In this document: positions 11,039 to 20,021 of the stretch, piece after piece
Layout of the letters: each line of letters starts with the position of its first letter
How positions within the stretch are numbered: the first letter of the stretch is position 1
Origin: Spirogloea muscicola
Taxonomy: Eukaryota
Reading direction: 5' to 3'
Assembly (NCBI GenBank): GCA_009602725.1
Contig: WELB01000025.1
Coordinates: forward strand, 1,056,678 to 1,076,698
Length of the DNA stretch: 20,021 bases
Translations under genes and position numbers: made by a program
Notes under the pieces: generated by a model
What the model was told of the DNA's origin: nothing
What the model saw: only the letters and a program-made list of their open reading frames with translations
Database searches by the model: none

Positions 11039-13264
11039 TGGAAAATTGTAGAGCTGACTGCTTCTGCTTCTTGCTTTCAGGCCTAGAGAAGCAGACATCG
11101 CCATCATTGCTCTTGTGTCACACCTGATGTTGCAAGACATGGTGGAGCCAGTTGTTCGCAAGTCAGTTGACTGCGGCTGCTGTAAAGCTCGCCAATTACC
11201 GGCTGTCAAATTTCCAGAGTCCAACAAACTTAAGGGCACTGCAGCCCAGCTTGTTACGACCCGCAAGGCAATACACTAGAAGCTACAGTAAGTCTGAAAA
11301 CGGTCGGTGTTCTTGATAGGCAACTCTTTGCTTACTGCACAGCAGCACAAGGAACAGCACTACATCACCAACTTTCCAATATCCAACACTGATGATGTCC
11401 GTCAATTTATATGCGAGTTGTTGTCAGACAGTAAATGATAACCACAAGATGAACTTGACATTGCATAGAGCCACAACCACCTGGCAACCAGTTCCTTAAA
11501 ATACTTTGGTAGGTGGTGGGACGTGCTAGGCTGCTACCTTCGCACCTTGCACCGAGCAGCCTTACCTTCAGTCGGTCCGGCACCGCGAGCTGTTCTCTGT
11601 GTGCGACACATGCAGTGACTTGCAGTGACGTGAGGTTGTAGGTGCTGCTGTACCCGAACTGGAGAACAGCAGGGCCAGCATATGCTGCTTGGCTATGCAC
11701 AAGAACGTCGTCAAGTCCATGTATTGTTGCATGCTCACCTGCACAGTATGTATGCAGATTGCTCTATGGGTTCGCTCCACGCACCTGCTGCTTGTACCTC
11801 GCTACATTCTCAGAGCAGAAGCAGCGGACCCAGCATTCTCTGGCCAGACTCCTCTCAGCCGAAGGGGCTGCCCTTCAGACCTGTGATGACAGAGGTGCGA
11901 GCTGTCTGCTCTGCTTACAGTAGCTGAAGAATCTGAATGTGAGCACATGTAAGCATACGTAAGGTGGGCTGCAGGTCTTAGGTGGCGTAGCATGTAATGG
12001 AAGTAAGCATTTGTCTTGAGACTCCTTGACTACGAAGTGCTGCGGCACAACTGCTTAGTACTGGCAGAAGCCTTGAGCAAGCTGGGCAAATGCAGCATGT
12101 ACTGAGAAGGATGCATGTGTGTCGCCACTGGCAGTCACCTGCAGTTTGTGGCTATTAAGAGACAGGTAGTCAGAAGTTTCGGCCCCCTTCCTGGGACAGA
12201 TGATGCCCTCATACAGAAAATGAAGGCACTGGCAAGCCTGCTGGCGGTGCTTTCAGATCTGGCTACGACCGCAGTCAGCACATGTGTGGGTGCTTCTGCA
12301 GGCGGGCCACTACTGGGACGGCTGAATTAGATGGTGCACCTGCAGTATAGGGGAGGCGAGGCTGGCCTTTTCCTTCTCACCACCCACAAGCAGGAGAGGT
12401 GCATGGGCACATGCGAGCCTTAAGGGGGAAGGTGCCCATTTGCAAAAGGCGGTGGCTGAGGGTAGCCAGCCTGAAAGCAGGGACATGTGTCTGCAAGGAG
12501 GCCATGACAAAAGCGAACACACACTCTGCATAGCGTGTGGCTATTGCAGAAGCACTTATACCCACGAGTCACGACTGCAAGTCAGATTACGAATGCAGCA
12601 GGAAGAAAGAAGGAAGACGCGAGTCCCAGAGGCGGCAGTCAAGGACAGAGGCTGCCATAGGTGTTGCACGCAGAAGGCCAGATTGTGAAACTCAAGAAGG
12701 GCTGCGTACGATACAAGGAGCGTAAATGCTGGCAGAGGCGCCGTGCAGGCCAGGATAGATGTGTGCATGGTAGATGCATGATGGGGATGGGCAAAAAGCC
12801 GTTAGAATCGGGGAAGGACCTTGGGAATTGCCTCGAAGACACATTCTAGCAGCCATTTACGTACTTGCCTCACCTCCACTTACATTGAGACTCACACTGT
12901 TGTGGGACTCAAGCGGCTTGCGGCAGCGTATGTGAGTGCCATCTGTGTACGTCCATCCTATCTCTTCCCTTCTCATAGCCTCCTCTCACAAACCGTCTCT
13001 CGCGCGCTTCGCTCCATGCGGGTCATCGGACTTGGTGGGATGCGCTTGCATCCGGACTGAGCAGATGGTAGTCATGACTCCTTGTCGGTACACGCCGCAT
13101 GACCGCCTCAATCGAGCTTAAGCTGCTCAGCGACAGCGCGGGAAGCTCCAGAGACCCCCGATCGCGGTCGACGACCGCACGGCAAGCGGCTGTGGGCGGT
13201 GCAGGCGCACCAGGAGCCCGGGAGGGACCCGCCTGGCCCGGCCGGCCGGCGGGGCTGGCAGAGG

Positions 13265-13990
13265 CTTCTTTGTTCATTCTTTTTTGGGCTGGCTTGTCCA
13301 GCCCCTATCCTCAATGGCAGAGGCCCTCTTGCCGTGCCGGAGCCCGCCCGCTCTTACAACGTAAGAGAAGGCGCGCGGGGCGCATGAAATGAAATGGAGG
13401 CCGATTCAATCCGATACATTGTTCAGGCAGTCTAGGGCAAACTGAACAGGGCTACACAATGCGAAAACCAATGTAAGGCAATGGCTATGAGAGTGTGGCC
13501 AGCCCTAAAATCTACAAGGTGAAAGCGAAGTGGCTCTCCAAATGTGGGCAAGGGCTAGAGAAGTCAGCCCGAACGTAATTGACAATGTTCAACAGGGCCG
13601 GCCTTGAATTCTTGTCGGGACGACCGTGGGCCGACCGCCGGGGGACGACCCAGCCTTGACGACCTATAGAAAGACGGCGTGCATGAGCAGGTGCTCCTTT
13701 CTCTCTCCTTTCTCTCAGCCCTTTCATTTTTTTTTCTGGGCTGGCCTCTCACAGCCATCGCCCTCTACTGAGAGCGTCTTTGTTTCTTGCATACCTTTGT
13801 TGATCCCATTCTGGGCTGGCCTTTCACATGCCCCCATTGGGAGAGCCTTCTCTTTCACAGCCATCGCCCCATCCTGGACCTTGTCCGTTCTTTGCTTCTT
13901 TCCTTTCTTCTCTTGGGCTGGCCTTTCAAAGAAGAAGTGCTCGCCCATGAAGAAGCTGGCTGGCAAAGCCAGCCCAAAAAGAATGGACAA
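13265..13990. repeat. Cluster of dispersed TGGGCTGGCC-N2-TCACAGCC motif copies (left cluster)
   Basis: Copies at about 13285, 13483 (reverse), 13551 (degenerate), 13737, 13812, 13914 and 13958 (reverse). Confidence 0.85.
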
Positions 13991-14049
13991 TGTCCAAAGC
14001 CAAAGAAAGAGGTGCCGAAAGAAGACTACACCACCAAACACAACAACGC

Positions 14050-15535
14050 ACTAGGGAAGCTCAATACCCTCGAGTGAGCAACATCAGGTCGTAGTAGCTC
14101 GAAGCCGGGAAGGAGGCACTCTCGAGACCCAGGGGCAGCGGCCAAAGCACGTTCTGCTCGCGTGTGGACGGCGTGGGCAAGGGATCGTTGGACCATACCG
14201 CCAGGCGCATGCGGAAGACCTGGGCTAACGAACCGGCGGCGTTGAAGCCGGGCAGCGCCCCTGGCAGACCCGGCCGCCGGTCAATGGCCTGACGGGCAAG
14301 CCGCTGGAGGAGATCCAGCCAGCGGCTGCCGAAAGCTCCGTGAACGTCATTCGCCAGGGCCGCGATTTAGTCACCAACCGGGTGGGATTGGCGGAGTCGA
14401 AGCAGTCAGTTGTCACCACGTCGGCGATGATGCGGGAACCGCCGCCGGGAGGGATGGCGACCAGGTCAGCGCGGCGAGTATGGGGCTGGCCATCCACGCC
14501 CAGCTGGATTGGCATCACTGAGGCGCTCTCTACCGCCACCTTGAAGCCCTCCTCCATATACACCCACTGCAAACCATCGCGCAGGAGATTATGGGAACCG
14601 GTCCGCTCGCCGCCGTGCGCGCAACGGAGCATGTGCGCGGCCAGCTCCGCAGGGTCGGCGTGACGGGCGCCGCACTCGCACTGAGTGACGCCCACGAGGC
14701 AGGGAGGGAGGAGGCTCAACAGCCGTTGGACTGCCGTCCTGTAGACCTCATCTGGCATGGTAAGTGCTGCGTGGAGTGGGAGCGCGTTTAGCCACGCCGC
14801 CGCCCCAGGGGAAGAGGCTGAAAGAAGCCGGGCACGCCCGCGAAGATCGGACGGAGTGAGAAGCTCCACCACCTGGTCAGAGGCCGCCTTCTCAACTGAC
14901 GCCGTGAAGCGTGCCTGGGCCCGCAAGTCGGGGCGAGGTGCATGCAAGGAACAGCCTGCTCGGACATGGTAGGGTGGACCCGCCAGGAGCCCGTCGCGGG
15001 CAGAGCGGAGGGCGACCTGGAAGGGTAGCTGGCCTGTCTTCACGTCAGCTGCCGCCCGCTCCAGGGCGCGCTGGCCGTGTACGAGGAACCGCTGGCACAT
15101 GGGGGCTGCAACCTGAGCCCAGCTCCCCATGTAGGCCGCCTCACAGACGCGGGCAACCAAGCGGCATACCAAGCCGCCACGACTGGTCGGCAGGCTGGCC
15201 TGCAGCTGCGCAGCTGGTGTGGTGAGGAACGCGGGGAGCTGCACGAGGGTGGCTGCGGACGCCAAGATGCCGGAGTCGAATGCCGTGTACGCTGCCTTCA
15301 TCGTCGGTGAGGGAGGGACGGTGCGGGCCAGGTGGTGTGGCCGCTGCGCGATGCAACGTGTTAGCATAGCGGTGGCCAGCTGCATGTTTTGCAGCGTGTG
15401 GAGGCGGTCGGCCGGCCGAAGTGATCCTGCATACGCACCTGCAGCTGCTCCGCCACAAAATCAGGTGCGCCTAGGGGGACGCCGAGGAATGTGAGGCCCT
15501 CGGCCGGTGTCTGGCAACCCACGGGCAGGCCCAGG
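14050..15535 (-). mobile_element. 5'-truncated, disrupted CRE-clade-like non-LTR retrotransposon (RT C-terminus/thumb, CCHC knuckle, restriction-like endonuclease)
   Basis: RT subdomain-7 motif GLTFLGVPLG (15498-15469), frameshift into ORF 14225-15385 carrying QASLPTSRGGL, AYMGSW, ARLLSASSPGAAAWLNALP, C-X-C-X12-H-X3-C (14680-14621), HNLLRD, RRADL and IIADV; then two further frameshifts giving ALANDVHGAFG...LLQRLA and FRMRLAV/VQRSLAHAV. No YADD-type catalytic motif in the window. The clade assignment rests on recalled motifs. Confidence 0.88.
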
Positions 15536-15699
15536 TTTCAAAGCCGTCGCCTTCCTCCACTTCCTCCTCCTTTTTCGGTGCTTTTCCAGCTGCAAACTCC
15601 AACTTGCGACTGCTGACTCACGGTCACCAAGCGCCCATCTCAAAGTCACTTGCAGAGCTTGTGTAATTCAAGCGCATGTCAGCCCTCTTGGGCCTTGTC

Positions 15700-15902
15700 T
15701 ATCCCTTCTGGGATGGCCGTTCACAGCCCGCGCCCCCTTTGGTTCATTCTTGATCTGGGCTGGCCAATCACAGCAATCGGCCTCAACTTGAAGAAAGTCT
15801 CTCTCTCTCTCTCTTTGGACGAGCTTGCTTCATTCTCTTCATTCTTTCACAGAAAGATAGTGGCTCTCCCAGAGGGGGCAAGGGCTGTGAACAGCCAGGC
15901 CG
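15700..15902. repeat. Cluster of the same dispersed motif (right cluster) plus a short (TC)n tract
   Basis: TGGGATGGCCGTTCACAGCC (15709), TGGGCTGGCCAATCACAGC (15756), GGGCTGTGAACAGCCAGGCC (about 15882, reverse, degenerate); (TC)n at about 15798-15814. Confidence 0.8.
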
Positions 15903-16149
15903 ACAAACATTGACAAGGTCTGACGGGGCCAAAAAGCGCTCTCCCAAAGCTTTCCCGGTTCACAGAGGACTGAGAAGAGCCAGCCTCAAGAATTGTCTGC
16001 GGTAAGTGTCTGCGAGGAAGCCGGAACGAGAAGGACAACCTCAGCCAAGCGAGTCGCCGCTTTTGAGTGACAGAGGGCCGGAGCGGGCAAGTACAAGGCA
16101 AATGTGGTTACGAATGCACGTTGTCGAGGTACACTGCGATCTTTGATTA

Positions 16150-19100
16150 CCTGGTGGATGCTGAACTAGCGTCGCCCGCTCACTTGGGCACCGTGGCAGC
16201 AAGAGTGTGATTGCTGGCCCTGTCGCGGTTCCGCTTCTGTTGCCGCCTGCTGAAGCCCAACAGACATGCCCTGGCCGCTTTGACCTCGGGCTTTTGTACG
16301 CCAGCTAAATCCCTGAATGCAGTTACTAAGCAACCAGGAGTTTGATTTAGCAGTTTGTCTAGTCTGCCTTTGATGTTCATTGTCATTTCCTCTTGCTGCC
16401 TCAGGCATGTCATTAATATACTCTGCAAACTGCGGGGAAACTGGGCGAGCCCGTGTTTGATGTGATGATGATCGGTGCTGTCGTGTGAAGTGAAACTCGC
16501 CTCAATGTCCATCTTGAAGCCCGCCCTTCAAGGCCTAACGTGGGGTGGTAGACAATGTGAGCAAGTGTTGCATGCGCTCACACATTTACAAAATCTGAGG
16601 TGTCAACTTCGACAGAGGGCAAATTTTTGCTTCGGACTCATTTATGGGAGACCGCATAGCGCACAGTCGATGTCAGCCTGCAGTTGTTAAAAATCTGGCA
16701 AGCTGTTCTCACATGGTCAACTGCTGAAGCTTGTACGCTTTGGCTTCTTGCGCAGCACAGGCACGAAATCTACCAAAGAACCACAGGCATGAAAATTTCA
16801 GCAGTCAGAATGAAAGCTCCACCCCACTTCTAGAAGAAGCGAAGCGACGACTTTCTCAGGACCTCCTCAACAATTTGACAAGTGTAAGCCTGCAAGGGGG
16901 TATAGAAGCCTAGACACGCCGACTTACAAGTTGGCCATATTCATGATGCTCAAGATAGGAGAGTCACATATCTTGCTTGCTTCATTACAACCTTGCTGCT
17001 CTACTGAATTACTCTCTCCTTGCAATTACATTGCTGAGACGTTGTACTGCAAAGATGTGGGCAGCTTTACTCCGTTCACTGTTGTCTAAGACTTGGCACT
17101 CAAAAATATTACACTAATCACGTCTTTCTGTTGTAGCAATGCTCCAGATAGCCATCCTCCTCAAGTAAGGTAAGAGCTGTGAGAGGCCAGCCCAAAAGCA
17201 ATGAACAAGGTTAAAAATCGCTGGAAGGTGCAAAAGCAGGTGCCTCTGTCACTTCTGCAAATGGGCGCTCAATAACATTTAGTCAATAAATTCAGATCGG
17301 AATAAGCAGTGGGCGGAAAGGCTCCAAAAATGCTCCAACATATGCTGAGGCAATCACACTTCCCTTCAGTGCATTGTGCAAGCAACATCAAGAGCAGACT
17401 CTTAAACTTGTAAGAGCATACATCTTGCCCAGTGCCTGTCGCTTGCAAATGCTAACTGATTATAGCTGCGGCCCATGGCCTCGTTGAGAGTGCCTGCTCC
17501 ACTTTTCGACGAATTACGGACACAAATTCTGATGGGAAGCGTCAGCAGATGAGGCTGGCATCGACGTCCATAATTATGTCTGTGACCTTTCTAAAGATGC
17601 GGTCTTCAGACAGCTTGAGGTCCTTCAGGAATTATGAAAACACTCTCGAGCGCGGCAGGATGGGTACACGCGGAATGGCAAGCCCAAAGACCATGGGAGC
17701 TGACTACTGTTGCTTATTCTCAATAGAGATGTGTACTCAGGGAGAAATGAGTCATTGAAAGGCTCAGCAAAATAGGCACCACGGTTTGTGGTGCCTATTT
17801 TCTGGTGCCCCCTTCCATACATAAATCAATGTACCTTGCGCAATTACTAGCACTGATGTGAGTGCGACTTGCTTATGGTGTTAAATCATCTTATGACTAC
17901 TTGTCAACCTAGGACAAGACGGCAAACTACTGCTGTGCTGCTTTGTAAATCTTGCCTTCTGTGCCTGAGAGGTACAAGCAGAGCTGACACTGGGCTTGCA
18001 TAGAACACCTAGAAGCACGTGCCCTTCAAGGGTGATCACAAAAGAGAAGGCTCGCGGTGCTTATGATATTCAAGGGAGGCCAAATCGAGCAAGTTAATTA
18101 ATTACACACAAAATCGTCAGACCTTGCTACTAAAAGTGCAGTTCGGCCTTGTATTTAGAGGATAGAAAGGAGAGCCTGTAGAACCAAGTTATCCAGGCAG
18201 CAAAGAAAGGATGGTTAGATATGTATATGATGTGCTGGACTAGCTGGTGTGTGAATATCGTAAATATCGTACATACGTTGAACCATCCACGTGATAACTG
18301 CATACTGACTGCAGCCCCTTCGCTGAGGCCAAAGATATTTGTCACTGAGAACGACTGGCCAGAGCAATCAGTGCCATCAAAACACTGAGAAGGCCCACAA
18401 TAACAGGCCCCAAATATTGCGCGTGCCTGTAATACAGACAAACAAGATGAATTGGGTCAAAGTAGCTCTTTGAACAGCTAGACAGCTGCGAGAGACTTAG
18501 CACAGGCAATCGGCAGCACCAATGGTGAAGCGCACTGAATGTCCACTGGACAGGACCGGAGTGCTCCTCACATCTTTTAGAACCCTTCTACAGAGAATGA
18601 AATCCAGCTTGTGCACCACAGCTCGAGCACACATTCTTGTTAGGACGTTGTGTAAGCAAGCCGCTCACCAGGATGGAACTTGCACTTGATGGAGAAAGGG
18701 CTCAGGCAAGAGATACTGCTTATAACCCTTTGCCTCAACGTCAAGAATTCTGAGGGCTAGGAAGAGTTGAACAGCATAGTCATTTCGTGCTGCTTTCAGA
18801 GCTTTCAACGGGACCCGTGACAAGGTAAGCGTCTGCTCATGATAACATAACAGCATCAGCTCACTGTCTTCAATTTTTGACAAGATTAAAAGCGTTGAAA
18901 GCGTGGCCAAGAAGGTTGTGCTTGAGTTATCTGGAAAGGTTGAGAAGCTAGACTGCTGACAGGTGGGAACAAGTCTAGCAGTAGATAGTAGCCTTTGGCA
19001 GCACACAACATCTTAGCACAAGTACTTTCAGGCAGTAAGTAACATATACCTTTCCGCAGGCGTAACTTGCATCATAAGTAGCAGCCACAAAATTCTCAAC

Positions 19101-19560
19101 CCCAATTTTGATCCCAGTGGAAGGAGCTATGTCTCCTTTACAGGATTCCACTAAGTTGTGCAATATAGGTCTGGTAGCCTGCAGCACGAGCTTTCCGAAC
19201 TCTTGTGATTGCTGGCGACTGTCAGGCCAGTTGCCCAGAACCTTTTCCCCGGCTTCTTTGATAAACGTGTACAGCTTCGTACACAAGCAGAAGATTGGAT
19301 TGGTCAGCTCAAGAGAGAGTGCTGTCTACAAGCACTCCAGTGAGTTGCAGAGCATAGCCATGGGGTCGTTTTGAAGGTAATCAGAAGCAGTCTGTCCTGT
19401 GCCTCGGGCAACCAGCAACAAGATGCAAGCTCATGAAGGCAGTGCCAGTCCGTTGTCACGTGAATGCCACCACTTTCAGTGACAATGCAGGTTCGGAGCC
19501 TTGTCGCTGACATGGGAGCATCTGTTCAGGAATTGCATCCTGGAATGGCTCGCTTACAGT
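16150..19560 (-). pseudogene. Possible decayed multi-exon gene(s) of unknown family
   Basis: Protein-like minus-strand segments bounded by splice-like sites: 19286-19050 (KLYTFIKEAGEKVLGNW...YACGK|GTATAT), about 18820-18670 (LKALKAARNDYAVQLFLALRILD), about 18426-18275 (HAQYLGPVIVGLLSVLMALIALA, with an internal TGA) and 16512-16180. In-frame stops and frameshifts prevent a clean model. Confidence 0.3.
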
Positions 19561-19785
19561 GGGTGGAGCGCTGTTAGGAGGGCGTTGACCGTAAGCCACA
19601 CTGCTTTTCATTGACGCGGGCGGCTGCCCTGAGATCACGGGCTTCATGTGAGGGCCTCGTCGGATCGCCAGATGCACCGACTGCGACCTGCGGAGCCGTC
19701 AGAAGTCAGGAGGGCGCACGAGAGGGCGAGCCTCCGGCAGGAGAGGGAAAAGGGCGTGGGCTGCCTACCCGGCGGCTACGGAGAC

Positions 19786-19838
19786 TGCGGCTGCTGATTT
19801 TGAGAGAGCGGCTTGTTGTAGAAGCCAGCCAGGTGCAT
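19786..19838 (+). repeat. Second copy of the exon-1 end and donor site of the 8510 gene
   Basis: Aligns to 8548-8596 at 44/49 nt plus a 4-nt insertion; retains CAG|GTGCAT. Confidence 0.85.
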
Positions 19839-20021
19839 CCACCCGCTAGTGCTGGAGAGGTCAGAAGTGCAAAGCCCTGCGCGGCCGCTTTCGTTGAGCC
19901 GCCGCCGCCGTCGCCATGGGGGGGGGTGGGGGGGGGGTGGTTGTAACCGCTTTTCCCGACGGGGTTTAAGAGTTGAGAGGCTACACGAAGCCGTCGCTTC
20001 CTGACCGTCCGATTAAAGATA

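Larger units (their letters stand above)
8510..11051 (+). pseudogene. Disrupted multi-exon gene of unknown family with three tandem ~200-aa repeat units
   Basis: GCCATGG start at 8510; exon 8510-8590 (MAAGARRDELKGIAANDFERAAVKASQ|GTGCAT); frameshifted exon about 8713-8874 (VTARDWAKVLARPPVDLQ/ELVGGRGYFEKDFTFKLERTFLQLFGALLEELDA) lacking a clean AG acceptor; 58-nt intron 8875-8932 (GT...ATGCAG) splices in frame into SAAAAAAER, the same frame used by the later units (RDLSTAAAAAAERH, RELSAAAAAAAERH). Many frameshifts and stops. ORF 10815-11051 may be the C-terminus. Confidence 0.5.

Noticed and set aside
13626..14077. ORFs with repeated WAGLS / ERPAQ peptides
   Set aside because: The peptide repeats merely reflect the DNA motif TGGGCTGGCC, which occurs in both orientations and different frames.
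13990..15550. TSD candidate GGCTTTG(G/A) on the minus strand at both ends of the retroelement
   Set aside because: Only 7 bp match and the 3' boundary is uncertain; compatible with chance.

Overview
Eukaryotic genomic DNA, probably from a green plant lineage such as a streptophyte alga (inferred from the WRKY gene, GT-AG introns, (GA)n/(CA)n microsatellites and alternating CpG-rich islands and CpG-poor tracts). The one clearly intact gene is a 3-exon minus-strand WRKY transcription factor (about 3773-5713) with an atypical domain: WRKYGRK, C-X8-C-X23-H-X-H and no PR intron. Around it are mostly relics: a probable, heavily decayed hAT transposase (about 1500-3170, +), a 5'-truncated CRE-like RLE-type non-LTR retrotransposon (about 14050-15535, -), a frameshifted plus-strand gene built from three tandem ~600-bp (~200-aa) units of an unrecognised domain (8510-11051), and further decayed multi-exon coding remnants. 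A bipartite ~40-bp motif (GGCTGTGA-N2-GGCCAGCCCA-N~5-9-ATGAACAAAG) recurs about 12 times in both orientations and clusters on both sides of the retroelement; it is the main unexplained signal. I found no rRNA, tRNA or CRISPR features. All calls come from manual reading; no database searches were run.
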